From contig NC_069009.1 in the NCBI RefSeq assembly GCF_001194135.2, positions 68,412 to 114,131 of the forward strand: DNA of 45,720 nucleotides, given 5' to 3'. The number at the start of each line of letters is the position of its first letter. The first letter of the stretch is position 1. The notes under the pieces were generated by a model. The model was not told the origin of the DNA, ran no database searches, and saw nothing but the letters and a program-made list of their open reading frames with translations. The stretch is from Octopus bimaculoides (Eukaryota). Shown one piece after another: positions 11,345 through 23,776 of this stretch. The translations under genes and the position numbers were made by a program.

Positions 11345-11426
11345 TCAGGTTGGGAGAACGGTTCACACAGAGTTTATCAACCAATTTAAGGAAATTTTTC
11401 ACCAAATCTTCAGTTTCCATATTGAG
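11345..11426 (-). CDS. MRPL1: MRPL1 exon 8
   Basis: Acceptor ctgtatttttcag|, donor A|gtacgt. LNMETEDLVKNFLKLVDKLCVNRSPNL matches uL1 L.M..E.L..N.... Confidence 0.88.
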
Positions 11427-11529
11427 CTGAAAAATACAGAAAAATTTGGGGTGTTAGTAGGAACTTCTGATGTCACATCAATTATTTAAGGGGTTGCTGG
11501 ATAGTATTTTACAATGTCAATCACCATAC

Positions 11530-11642
11530 CTTTCCAAATGCTACCTGCATTATGGCAGCCTCCTCGGAGGTCTTTTTGCACTCATACTGAATACCGTTCA
11601 TAAGGCTGGTGATGATGGTCTTCACATCTGTGCCAACTGTAC
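11530..11642 (-). CDS. MRPL1: MRPL1 exon 7
   Basis: Acceptor ctccatctctacag|, donor AAG|gtatgg, phase 1/0. GTVGTDVKTIITSLMNGIQYECKKTSEEAAIMQVAFGK matches the uL1 GTV..D and ...G(K/T)L motifs. Confidence 0.92.
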
Positions 11643-12036
11643 CTGTAGAGATGGAGATGAGGAGAGGTGGTCATATTAAAATTTAAATGTTGGCCGGGTG
11701 GGAGGAGAGGGGGAGTGAGAAGGACCGGGTAGAAAACAGGAAAGTAAGATGGGTTTCGAATCATAAATTGCTCTTTTATATTTCAAAGATTCAAGGGGAG
11801 AATATGGGGGATGTGTGACCCGTGGGAATTAAGGATTTTGGTCTTTACTGTTGTAGACAGATACAGATAGCAAGAGGAAAAGTAAGAAGCAAAGAGAGAA
11901 GAGAGAGAGAGAGAAAGATAAAGGAGAGAGACATAAGAGTAGAGAGACTACTTATAAAGAGTAGAGAAAGAGAGACATACAAAGAGAGGAGAGAGAGAGA
12001 AAGAGAGAGGCATAGAGAGAGACAATGTTGTCCTAC

Positions 12037-12157
12037 CTTGCTTTTGGTGAGGAAATTTGTCTTTAAAAATGTGACGATAGGAGAGAAGATCCGAATAGAT
12101 GTCAGGGGTACAGACTACATAATCGTACATACTTCGAGAGAGGGCTTCAGACTTTAT
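12037..12157 (-). CDS. MRPL1: MRPL1 exon 6
   Basis: Acceptor tgtttcaattccag|, donor G|gtagga. IKSEALSRSMYDYVVCTPDIYSDLLSYRHIFKDKFPHQKQ matches uL1 D..VA.P....L..LR..L...FP. Confidence 0.92.
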
Positions 12158-12211
12158 CTGGAATTGAAACAAGAAATTTAGGGTTTAAATTGCTGTATAG
12201 CGGTGGTGATG

Positions 12212-12248
<37 letters not shown>

Positions 12249-13179
12249 NNNNNNNNNNNNNNNNNNNNNNNNNNNNNNNNNNNNNNNNNNNNNNNNNNNN
12301 NNNNNNNNNNNNNNNNNNNNNNNNNNNNNNNNNNNNNNNNNNNNNNNNNNNNNNNNNNNNNNNNNNNNNNNNNNNNNNNNNNNNNNNNNNNNNNNNNNNN
12401 NNNNNNNNNNNNNNNNNNNNNNNNNNNNNNNNNNNNNNNNNNNNNNNNNNNNNNNNNNNNNNNNNNNNNNNNNNNNNNNNNNNNNNNNNNNNNNNNNNNN
12501 NNNNNNNNNNNNNNNNNNNNNNNNNNNNNNNNNNNNNNNNNNNNNNNNNNNNNNNNNNNNNNNNNNNNNNNNNNNNNNNNNNNNNNNNNNNNNNNNNNNN
12601 NNNNNNNNNNNNNNNNNNNNNNNNNNNNNNNNNNNNNNNNNNNNNNNNNNNNNNNNNNNNNNNNNNNNNNNNNNNNNNNNNNNNNNNNNNNNNNNNNNNN
12701 NNNNNNNNNNNNNNNNNNNNNNNNNNNNNNNNNNNNNNNNNNNNNNNNNNNNNNNNNNNNNNNNNNNNNNNNNNNNNNNNNNNNNNNNNNNNNNNNNNNN
12801 NNNNNNNNNNNNNNNNNNNNNNNNNNNNNNNNNNNNNNNNNNNNNNNNNNNNNNNNNNNNNNNNNNACTTCGAGAGTGTAGTGGGTGCTTTTTACGTGCC
12901 ACTGGCACGAGGGCCAGTCAGGCGGTTCTGGCAACGGCCACACAGATGTAAAACTGAATGGACATAAAATCAAATGTGTGCTTCCCAAAGTGGGTGGAAC
13001 TGGCCCCTGGGGGTTGGGGTGGGGGTGGGAAGCATTGACGAAACATAGAAACCATGCCACAACAGATGACCGGAGCCTGGTGTAGATCTCTGGCTTGCTC
13101 GCGCCAGTCAAACTGCCCAACCCATGCCAGCATGGAAAATAGATTTTCAATGATGATGATCATATAAGAGATACAATAC

Positions 13180-13251
13180 CATATCTAAGAGTTCTTGACC
13201 TCCTGCGTGTGTTGCTCCTGCAGACAGTCCCTCTGTTACAGTTGCTATGTC
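13180..13251 (-). CDS. MRPL1: MRPL1 exon 5
   Basis: Acceptor attattattccag|, donor ATG|gtattg. DIATVTEGLSAGATHAGGQELLDM matches the uL1 A...GA..AGG..L motif. Confidence 0.9.
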
Positions 13252-13255
13252 CTGG

Positions 13256-13287
<32 letters not shown>

Positions 13288-13522
13288 CAACAATAATAAT
13301 GGTTTCAAATTTTTTTTAGGGGGGGAGGGGTTAAGTCGATTACTTTGACCCCAGTAATCAAGTGGTACTAATTTTATCAGCTCTGAAAGGGTGAAAGGCA
13401 AAGTCAACCTTGGTAGAATTTGAACTCAGAACACGAAGACAGATGAAATGGCGCTAAATATTTTGCCTGGCATGCTAATGATTCTGCCAGCTCGCCAATA
13501 ATAATAATAATAATAATGATAA

Positions 13523-13585
13523 TAGATGAAAAAGTCAATATGAGAGGTATAGAGAAAATAGTAAAGTACCAGGACCTAGCCATCA
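13523..13585 (+). mobile_element. Short restriction-like endonuclease fragment
   Basis: DEKVNMRGIEKIVKYQDLAI (EK..KY.DL motif) directly after (TAA)n. Confidence 0.45.
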
Positions 13586-13636
13586 CAAGTGAGATCAGAG
13601 AGACCTGTTGTGAAAGATGACACCCGGCTTGAAATA

Positions 13637-13718
13637 GATGAACAACTATTCCGAGCCATGGCTCATTTCTTGTAATGAAAAGAGGTTCAACAATGTAGAT
13701 GAGGTTGAATCATGGTTA
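13637..13718 (+). mobile_element. Mariner transposase relic in MRPL1 intron 4
   Basis: DEQLFRAMAHFL, then stops and a frameshift, then KRFNNVDEVESWL; resembles mariner D.HLFRSM.HFL...RF...EV. Confidence 0.55.
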
Positions 13719-13773
13719 TGTGGGCTGGTGCCCCATCGCCACCCAGGTAGGTCACGTGATCTCTTGGACTTAC

Positions 13774-13863
13774 CTTTGTGAAGAGAATGCAGCGTGTCTT
13801 GGTGTTGTCGTCAAACAGGTGCGGGAAGACGACGGTACCCTTGACGGTACTCAGGAATTTGGT
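13774..13863 (-). CDS. MRPL1: MRPL1 exon 4
   Basis: Acceptor (ct)n-gattccag|, donor AAG|gtaagt, phase 0/0. TKFLSTVKGTVVFPHLFDDNTKTRCILFTK matches the uL1 G.V.LPH...VFT motif. This frame is absent from the ORF track. Confidence 0.9.
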
Positions 13864-14775
13864 CTGGAATCAGAGAGAGAGAGAGTGTGTGAGGGAGATA
13901 GAGAGAGAAAACAGGAGATTGGGCGGGGGAGACAAACACAGACACACACACCAGTCCTCAGTCAAATCGTCCAACCCATGCTAGCATGGAAAGCGGACGT
14001 TAAACGATGATGATGATGATGATGATATATATACATATACATGACGGGCTTCTTTCAGTTTCGGTCTACCAAATCCACTCACAAGGCTTTGGTCAGCCCG
14101 AGGCNNNNNNNNNNNNNNNNNNNNNNNNNNNNNNNNNNNNNNNNNNNNNNNNNNNNNNNNNNNNNNNNNNNNNNNNNNNNNNNNNNNNNNNNNNNNNNNN
14201 NNNNNNNNNNNNNNNNNNNNNNNNNNNNNNNNNNNNNNNNNNNNNNNNNNNNNNNNNNNNNNNNNNNNNNNNNNNNNNNNNNNNNNNNNNNNNNNNNNNN
14301 NNNNNNNNNNNNNNNNNNNNNNNNNNNNNNNNNNNNNNNNNNNNNNNNNNNNNNNNNNNNNNNNNNNNNNNNNNNNNNNNNNNNNNNNNNNNNNNNNNNN
14401 NNNNNNNNNNNNNNNNNNNNNNNNNNNNNNNNNNNNNNNNNNNNNNNNNNNNTTTAACGTCCACTTTCCATGCTAGCATGGGTTGGATGATTTGACTGAG
14501 GACTGGTGAACCAGGTGGTTAAGGTGTCAACAAAGTCTGGGTACATGGAGATTAGCACATACTTTAAGAAATTATTATTTCTTATATCTAATTGTTTATG
14601 TTATGATTTTATTTACTCCATGTACCCAGACCTTGTGGACACCCTATGTGTATATATATATATATATAAATGTATGTATACATATTTATGTGTGTGTGTG
14701 TCTGTGTCTGTCCCTCCACCATCACTTGACAACTGATGTTTCCCCTAGGGGTCATTTGTCAATGAAGGAGCTCAC

Positions 14776-14992
14776 CTTCTTCTTGGTTTCCATATTTAAT
14801 TCCATGTCTGCATAAAGCAATCCATCGAGGTTGTTAAGCATCATAGGATCAGCATAAGCCTTGTGTTTCATGATGGCCACTTCAAGGGCCAACTTTTGGA
14901 CTGGGTAATGCTTGTGGAGCCATATGTTGTCGGTCGGGTATCTTGCCTCGAATTCCGGATTGATCTTACGTTTCACAACTTTCTTGGTTTGT
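14776..14992 (-). CDS. MRPL1: MRPL1 exon 3
   Basis: Acceptor tctctgtcgtttcag|, donor AAG|gtgag. ...YPTDNIWLHKHYPVQKLALEVAIMKHKAYADP...LYADMELNMETKKK resembles the MRPL1 P.D.V(Y/W)...YP and LDM...KK region. Confidence 0.88.
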
Positions 14993-15409
14993 CTGAAACG
15001 ACAGAGATTTTGCGGTGATGGTCATAGGATTTTTTTGTTTGCTTTGTGTGTGTGACAGAGAGGGGAAAGAAAAATAAACAGAGAGAGGGGAGAGAAGAGA
15101 GAGAGAGAGAGAGAGCAAGCGACAAAGACAGAGAAAGAGAGGGGGGACAAAGAAGAGAGAAGGTGAGAAGGGAGAAAGGGTAAGAAAGAAAGGGAGAGAA
15201 AAAGAGAGAGGGAGAGAGAAAAGGAGCGCAAGAATGAGAGAGAGATAGAGAAACAGCAAGATTTAATTTTTGCACCTGTAATTGTATTTTATCAGTCACA
15301 GGTGAACCCATTGGCCCAAATTGCTAACTTTCACTCAATAATAATAATAATAATTAATAATAATAATAATGATGGTGATGATGATGATGATGATGATGAT
15401 AATACTTAC

Positions 15410-15557
15410 AAAGGTGATTTAGGTTCATGTTTTTTCTTCTCTTTCGCTGGCTTCAGTGCTTTGAACCTAATTTTCTTCTGTTTAAATCGGTTCTGTTGGT
15501 AATTTGTGAGACAGGGCCCAGGGTGGGGGACGGCCTGGAACACACCATTGCAGCTTA
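15410..15557 (-). CDS. MRPL1: MRPL1 exon 2
   Basis: Acceptor ccttctctttcag|, donor TT|gtaagt, phases 1/2 fit. Open frame LSCNGVFQAVPHPGPCLTNYQQNRFKQKKIRFKALKPAKEKKKHEPKSP. Confidence 0.8.
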
Positions 15558-16836
15558 CTGAAAGAGAAGGTAATTAACAAAAAGGTAATTAGCAAAACCA
15601 AAGCCTTTAGAAAGCTTTTTTGTCATAGGCATATCTGAAGAACTCATTCCATCAAGAAACAGAAGGGTAGTGGACAAGGGGGCCAGGGCAAACCCTCAAG
15701 GAGCAAGAAGATGAGTAGAAGAAGGGTGGGACAGGACCCAGGGTGGAACATGACCCAGGATGGGAGACGGCCTGGAACACACCATTGCAGCTTATTTTTT
15801 TCCACTCTAGGCACAAGGCCTGAAATTTTGAGGGAAGGGGTCCAGTTGATTAGATCGACCCCAGTATGCAACTGGTACTTCATTTATCGACCGCGAAAGG
15901 ATGAAAGGCAAAGTCGACCTCGGCGGGATTTGAACTCAGAACATAAAGACAGACGAAATATTGCTAAGCATTTAGCACAGCGTGCTAACGTTTCTGCCAG
16001 CTTGCTGCCTTACAATATACTTTTGTACTTGAGGCCCAAGACCCAAAATTTATGGGGGAGGGGGCCAGTCGATTAGATCGACCCCAGTATGCAACTGGTA
16101 CTTAATTCAGTCATTTGATTGCGGCCATGCTGGAGCACAGCCTTTAGCCAAGCTAATCGACCCCAGGACTTATTCTTTGTAAGCCTAGTACTTATTCTAT
16201 CGGTCACTTTTGCCGAACCGCTAAGTTACGGGGGATGTAAACACACCGCCCTAATGGCTATTGGGCTTCTTTCTCCGTCCCAGAAGCTCTTTTTGACAGG
16301 ATTTCAACTCAGAACGTAAAGAGCCGGAACGGCCCTCAAATCTTCGACCTCGGCGGGATTTGAACTGGAAGCGCTGAGAGCCGGAATGCCGTTTGTTATC
16401 GAACCATGAAAGCTTGAAAGGCATAGCTGACTCGAGCACGATTCGAAATCGAAGCAGAGAGAACTGAAACCATTAAAATTTTTTTTTTTTTACCGATCGT
16501 TGAAAACTTGAAAGACAAAGTTGACCCCCGGCGGGATGACCCGAAGCGCAGAGAGTCGGAACAAACACCACAAAGCATTCTGGCCGACGATCGTCCGACC
16601 CTGGGCTTCCTTCCTCGGCCTCGGACAGTGAGGACCATAGGTCGGGGCAGTGCGATCGGAGTCTTAGACAGTAAAAAGGTCTGCTACACGTTTGACTTTG
16701 AAAACTTTGTATATAATATATGTAAATAAATTAGATATTTTAGAGGGAAAATATACAGAAAGGCACCTAAGATGATGCAATGTAGAGGAAATGTCATAGA
16801 TCACGTTAAATATTGGCAAGGAACAGCCAGACTTAC

Positions 16837-16903
16837 GGGCAGTGAGAGATCTTCGAGCGAGGATCGAACTCCAAGAGGAAGAAAGAACAGAAGCCAAAGA
16901 CAT
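16837..16903 (-). CDS. MRPL1: MRPL1 exon 1 (start codon, mitochondrial presequence-like)
   Basis: ATG at 16903; MSLASVLSSSWSSILARRSLTA is Ser/Arg-rich with no acidic residues. Consensus donor C|gtaagt, phase 1 fits exon 2. Supported by splice sites and composition, not homology. Confidence 0.78.
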
Positions 16904-16920
16904 TGCTGAATGAATGAGAA

Positions 16921-16930
16921 AACAGGAAGT
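16921..16930 (+). promoter_or_regulatory. ETS/GABP-like motif just upstream of the MRPL1 ATG
   Basis: ACAGGAAGT lies about 20-27 nt upstream of the start codon. GABP/NRF-2 sites are typical of nuclear mitochondrial-gene and bidirectional promoters in vertebrates. Function is inferred. Confidence 0.3.
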
Positions 16931-17149
16931 TCGGTTTCAGATGTGAGGAGTAAATAAATATTTACTGCAAAACGGAGGAAAATGAACCGAAAAAGAAGGA
17001 AAAAAATTTGTTGCTGCTGTGCGGTGGGGGTTGAAATAAAATATGTTGGATTTTAAATCGTTTATGTAAATGGTTGAAATGATTTTTTTTTCCTGAAAAT
17101 TGTCCGGCGGTTGGTGTTGAAGGGGATGTGTAGGAGGAAGAGCGAGAGG

Positions 17150-18204
17150 AAGAAATATAGATAGATACATAGGTAAAAGGAGAAGGGAAAGATATATATA
17201 TAGAGAGAGAGAAAAGAAAGGATAAAACTGTAAGAAAGAGAGGTTTTAAGAGAGATAATGAGAGTGAGAGGAGAAAGGATAGAAAGATAGATAGATTAAA
17301 AGAGAGGGAAAGGTATATAAAGGAAGGGGAAGTATGAGAAGGAAGACATTTAGAGGGAGAGTGAGAGGAGAAAAGGTAAATAAATAGAGAGGGAGAAAAA
17401 AGAGAAAAAGTGCACGAACAAAGGGGTATAATGAGAACGAGAGGAAAAGGTAGAGAGATATATAGATGAAAAGAGAGGGAAAGGGAAAGACTGGAAGGTT
17501 GAAAGAGACGAAAGGGTAAAGTGCAAGAAAGAGAGGAAAGGGGTGGTAAGAGTGAATGTGTGAAATGAGAGAGAGAAAGGGATAGACAACGATAGAGAGA
17601 TAGATAGAGTGAGAAAGAGAGAGAGAAAATCGTTAAAAGAGTGTGATAAGAAAGGAGGGGAAATAAAGAGGAGAAAATAAAAGAGTGGTGAAAGCAGGCA
17701 TTTGGTAAGAGAGAGAGATAAAGAGAGACGCAGGGTGGAAGGATGAGGAGAAACCAAAGTAGATACAGTAAGAGAGAGGGGGTAAATGAACAGTTAAGGA
17801 GTAAAAGGGTGAGGATGACGCAAGTAAAACAAAAAGAGGAGGAAATAGTGAAAGAGTGTGAAGTAGATAAAGAGGGGCAGGGGTTAATTAGAACGTTGAG
17901 AGAGTGAGAGAGGAAGGGAGGATAAAGAAACAGTAAGGGAGGTGTAAAGGGGAGGAAATAGGAATAGGAAGGGGAGAAGGATTAGAAGGATTAAAAGAGG
18001 GGAAAAAAGAGAATAATGAGAAAGAAAGCAAAGAAACAGGGGTTTAGTGAGAGAGAGAGTGTGTAGAAAATAACTGGAAGTGGGAGGAAAAGAGTGAGAG
18101 AGAGTATTGAGAGAGAGTATTGAGAGAGAGTATTGAGAGAGTAAAGGTGTGAGTAGAGAGGTAGAGAAATGAGAGAGGACACGAAAGAGAGAAAGAAAAC
18201 AGAG

Positions 18205-18247
<43 letters not shown>

Positions 18248-18800
18248 AGTAGATAGAAAGCTAGATAGGTGGGTAGATAGACAGATAGATGGATAGATAG
18301 GTGGATTGATAGATAGATAGATAGATAGATAGACAGAGAAATAGATAGACAGCTAGATAGGTAGGTAGATAGAGATAGATAGATAGATAGAGAGAGAGAT
18401 AGATAGAGAGAGAAGTAGATAGAAAGTTAGATAAGTGGATAGATAGATAGATAGATGGATAGATAGGAAGAGGAATTGAGAGCAAGGGGAGGAAAGAACA
18501 CGAGAAGTAAAAGAGATATAGAGAAACAGAGAAACAGAGATTGATTGGGTAAGAAAGAGAGAGAGAGAAAGATGATAGAGAGAGAGCATAACAAAGAAAC
18601 AGAGAGATATAAAGAGGAAGAGGAAGAGAAGAAGCGGAGAGAGAGAAAGAGAGTTAGAAAGGAATTGAAAGTGAGGGGGAGAAGAGAGAGAGAGAGAGAA
18701 AGAGAGGGGGAGAAGAAACGAGAGAGGAGAAGAGAGAGGCAGATAAAAAGTAGGAGGAACTATAAGTGTGTCAGAGATAGAAACGGAGAGGATTTTCCTC
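17150..18800 (+). repeat. Polypurine low-complexity tract with (GA)n and (GATA)n
   Basis: About 1.6 kb, almost entirely A/G on the plus strand. Confidence 0.9.
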
Positions 18801-19456
18801 AGAACAAGAACATAATTGTTTTATTTCTATATTTATTTATTATTTTTACTCTTATTTTTTTTACGTAAAGCGGATTAAATTGAAATACGTATTTGAACGA
18901 TGTCTTATTTGTATCGATCCATTCGTGACCAACCCCCCAAACACACACGTACATACATATATATATACATACATCCCGTGAATGAAATGAAATGAAATGA
19001 AATAAAAAAGGAAAATGAGATGGCCTCGACGCGGATTCGATCTCAGAACGCAAAGGGACGCAACTTCAAAACCAATAATGTGTGTGTTTGTATGTGTGTG
19101 AACGTGTGTGTGTGTGTGTGCGTTACATAAATGCATGTAAATATCCCCTCCCACATATATATGTGTCATTGTGCGTGCGCAAATGTAAAGTACACAATAC
19201 TCTCTCTCATACACACACACGCACGCGCACACACACATGCACACACACATATGTGCGTGTGTATGTGTATTGGTATACATACACACTGAAAGATTCATTT
19301 CTGTCTATCTATCTATAGCACACACGTATGTGTGTGTTTGTATATGTGTGTGTGTGTGTGTGTGTATATATATAAATATATATATACACATACACATATA
19401 TGTATATATATGTATATATATATGTGTCTATATATATATGTGTGTGTATATATATA

Positions 19457-19513
<57 letters not shown>

Positions 19514-19516
19514 ATG

Positions 19517-19549
<33 letters not shown>

Positions 19550-20139
19550 ANNNNNNNNNNNNNNNNNNNNNNNNNNNNNNNNNNNNNNNNNNNNNNNNNN
19601 NNNNNNNNNNNNNNNNNNNNNNNNNNNNNNNNNNNNNNNNNNNNNNNNNNNNNNNNNNNNNNNNNNNNNNNNNNNNNNNNNNNNNNNNNNNNNNNNNNNN
19701 NNNNNNNNNNNNNNNNNNNNNNNNNNNNNNNNNNNNNNNNNNNNNNNNNNNNNNNNNNNNNNNNNNNNNNNNNNNNNNNNNNNNNNNNNNNNNNNNNNNN
19801 NNNNNNNNNNNNNNNNNNNNNNNNNNNNNNNNNNNNNNNNNNNNNNNNNNNNNNNNNNNNNNNNNNNNNNNNNNNNNNNNNNNNNNNNNNNNNNNNNNNN
19901 NNNNNNNNNNNNNNNNNNNNNNNNNNNNNNNNNNNNNNNNNNNNNNNNNNNNNNNNNNNNNNNNNNNNNNNNNNNNNNNNNNNNNNNNNNNNNNNNNNNN
20001 NNNNNNNNNNNNNNNNNNNNNNNNNNNNNNATATATATATATATATACACACACACACATTTACACACGCGCGCGAGCGCACACGCACATCAACCTATAT
20101 TTTTATATATTTATAGTGTCAGAAAGAGAGAAATGTATG

Positions 20140-20170
<31 letters not shown>

Positions 20171-20339
20171 GCGTGTGTGTATAATTGTATATATATATAT
20201 ATATATAGATTATGTATTCAAAATACTTTGTACACATACATCCACACATACATATATATATATGTGTGTGTTTGCGTGTGTGTCTGTGTGTTATAATATC
20301 TTTATATGCGTGTGTGTGCGTTTTGCGTGTGTGTAAGGT

Positions 20340-20514
20340 ACATGTAGTAAATATTGACCAATCAGATGTCGTGTTGGCCTTCACTTCGATTTGCTGCTCA
20401 CAAGAAGTGTTGGTCCGACATATTTGTTGGAGTTGGAGCATCTGTTTAAGGACTGACAGAATTTTTGGTTACCTGAACAGTTTCTGGGCACAAGATTTAT
20501 AGATGAAGGTAAGT
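20340..20514 (+). promoter_or_regulatory. Candidate 5' non-coding exon or promoter of the CCR4 gene
   Basis: Unique island between microsatellites with a GACCAATCAG CCAAT box (CCAAT at 20358-20362), a perfect AAG|GTAAGT donor at 20508/20509 and a CpG-rich flank. Confidence 0.3.
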
Positions 20515-21354
20515 CAGGGGACCAGGCAGGGCTTGGACGAACGATAAGCGCGGAGAGAGGCTCCCCGCGTAGACGTGTGTGTGTGTATATATGGACGTTG
20601 GTTTGTTTGTTTTTGAATGTATGTGTGTGTGTGTATGTGTATCTGTCTGTCTGTGTGTGTGTGTATGTGTATCTGTCTGTCTGTGTGTGTGTGTGNNNNN
20701 NNNNNNNNNNNNNNNNNNNNNNNNNNNNNNNNNNNNNNNNNNNNNNNNNNNNNNNNNNNNNNNNNNNNNNNNNNNNNNNNNNNNNNNNNNNNNNNNNNNN
20801 NNNNNNNNNNNNNNNNNNNNNNNNNNNNNNNNNNNNNNNNNNNNNNNNNNNNNNNNNNNNNNNNNNNNNNNNNNNNNNNNNNNNNNNNNNNNNNNNNNNN
20901 NNNNNNNNNNNNNNNNNNNNNNNNNNNNNNNNNNNNNNNNNNNNCTGTCTGTCTGTGTGTGTGTGTATGTGTATCTGTCTGTCTGTGTGTGTGTGTGTGA
21001 GAGATCCTATTCTTTTACTCTCTCTAATATTCTGATATGTATATATATATATGTATATGTATAATATATATATACATATATATATGTATAATGTGTATAT
21101 AATGAACGTTAAAACGTAAAGGGTCCTATATATATGTATATGTGTGTGTGTGTGTACATAAACACAGATATGTACCTATACATATATATATATATATGTG
21201 TATATACATCAATATATGTATATATAATATATATATGCAAATGTGTAAAAATATAAATCTATACATGTATATAGATCTGCATTTATATGTGTATATATAT
21301 ATATATATGTATACGTGTATAGATATGTGGAAGTCTATCTTTATTATATGAGTG

Positions 21355-21390
<36 letters not shown>

Positions 21391-22292
21391 CACAAGTATG
21401 GAAGTGTGTATACATACATATATATACATATGTATATATATATATATATATATATATTTGAAGGTTTATATATATACGTGTATTTATACATGTGTGTATA
21501 TACTTTTACATAAGTGTGTATATATATATGTATATGGATATAAATGGGCATTGGTACATATGTGTATACATACGTATGTGCATATTTATATATTGTACAT
21601 GTGTGTGTACATATAGATAAGTATATATTTGCTGTACATGTGTGTATATATTTATGCATATATTTAATAGCCTACTTAAATGCATAGATATTCTTATATA
21701 TATATATATATATATATGAACATACAAACATATATAAGTGTATATCTACAGATATATATACACACGTGTATATAAATAGATATGCACTTTTGTAAATATG
21801 TATATACACGTGAGTGTGTATGTATACACATATATATAGGCATGAAATGTTAGAAAAATATGCCTCACCAAACTTCATTCTACCCATGCAAGCTGGAAAA
21901 TGTGGACGTTAAATAATGATAATAATAATAATAATAATAATAATGATATTTATTTCCAATTAAACGTGTATGTTTTATTAGAACATGATAATAATATTCA
22001 TATATGTGTCCATACATTAGTGCAGGTATGGCTGTTTGGTTAGTGAACTTGCTTCCCAATCATGCGGTCTCTGATGATGGAATCTCATAGTGAAACATCT
22101 TGGGCAAGTGGTTACTATAACCCTGGACTGAGTAAAGCCTTGTCTGTTTATTTCATCATCATCATCGTTTTATGTGTGTGTTCCATTCTCGAATCAGTTC
22201 AATGGTTTGACAGAAGCCACACCTGGTTCCATTGTCTGTTTTGGTATGGTCTCCACAACTGGCTGTCCTTCCTAACATCGACCACTTTACAC

Positions 22293-22455
22293 AGGCGCAG
22301 GAGTGGCTGTGTGGTAAGTAGCTTGCTTACCAACCACATGGTTCCGGGTTCAGTCCCACTGCGTGGCACCTTGGGCAAGTGTCTTCTACTATAGCCTCGG
22401 GCCGACCAAAGCCTTGTGAGTGGATATCGTAGACGGAAACTGAAAGAAGCCCGTC

Positions 22456-22489
<34 letters not shown>

Positions 22490-22998
22490 GTATATATATA
22501 GGCACAGGAGTGGCTGTGTGGTAAGNNNNNNNNNNNNNNNNNNNNNNNNNNNNNNNNNNNNNNNNNNNNNNNNNNNNNNNNNNNCTTTACACAGGCGCAG
22601 GAGTGGCTGTGTGGTAAGTAGCTTGCTTACCAACCACATGGTTCCGGGTTCAGTCCCACTGCGTGGCACCTTGGGCAAGTGTCTTCTACTATAGCCTCGG
22701 GCCGACCAAAGCCTTGTGAGTGGATTTGGAAGACGGAAACTGAAAGAAGCCCATCATATATATGCATATATATATATGTATGTGTGTTTGTGTGTCTGTG
22801 TTTGTCCCCCCAACATCGCCTGACAACCGATGCTGGTGTGTTTACGTCCCCGTCACTTAGCGGTTCGGCAAAAAGAGACCGATAGAATAAGTACTAGGCT
22901 TCCAAAGAATAAGTCCCGGGGTCGATTTGCTCTACTAAAGGCGGTGCTCCAGCATGGCCACAGTCAAATGACTGAAACAAGTAAAAGAGTAAAAGAGT
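22293..22998 (+). mobile_element. Family B SINEs: 5' half, a head fragment, then a full copy after the gap
   Basis: Head GGCGCAGGAGTGGCTGTGTGG at 22293 and 22593; the full copy ends gtaaaagagtaaaagag. Confidence 0.82.
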
Positions 22999-23776
22999 GT
23001 GCTGGGTATGTTTTACATGGCATTTGATAGATGGAAACATAAGAGGATGGAAGAATAAGATAGGTTGTAAGCATATGGGACGAATATATGGGGTGCTTTT
23101 AATGTGGCACTGGCACCCACATGTCTGCATGACTAGGGTCTCTTGGCTGACAGGGATGTAGAGGGCATGCCTGTATGTATGGATGGCCACGATTTTCCTG
23201 AGCTATTTTCCTTCTTGAACCACATGTCTCTCTCCCACCATGTTCTATCTCCATACTCCAAATCCACCCTTGTTCACCTCTATACCTGCCATCTCACCCT
23301 GTGTCCCTGTCACCCTCCGATCCACTTTCTGTATCCTCTCCTATACTTGCATTGTGAGGTGCTCTGGCATCTCATCACTACCACATCTACCTTCTTTCCA
23401 GCTACCCTCACCCACCCTTATTATAATCCTTTCTACTACAGGCACAAGACCTGAAATTTGGTAGGAGCTGGGGCTATTCAATTATATAGACCCTGAATGG
23501 ACGAAGGCAAAATCAAACTTGGCAGAATTTGAACTCAAAACGTAAAGATGGATGAAATGTTACTAAGCATTTAGTGGTTGGCGTCAGGAAGGGCATCCAG
23601 CTGTAGAAACCTTGCCAGATCAGATTGGAGCCTGGTGCAGCATCCTGGCTTGCCAGTCCTCAGTCAAACCGTCCAATCCATGCCAGCATGGAAAGTGGAC
23701 ATTAAACGATGATCAATGTGAATAAAAAACCATTGCATTCGACAGAATGATTTGAATGCTAAAGGGATAAATTCTG

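Noticed and set aside
16508-16729. ORF KDKVDPRRDDP... resembling the CCR4 N-terminus (KEKYDPPDPRR)
   Set aside because: The DNA aligns to a decayed antisense family C SINE inside MRPL1 intron 1 and lacks the ELEI.G motif and an ATG. The similarity is coincidental.
18545-18868. Lys/Arg/Glu-rich 107-aa ORF
   Set aside because: It is simply the translation of the polypurine tract.
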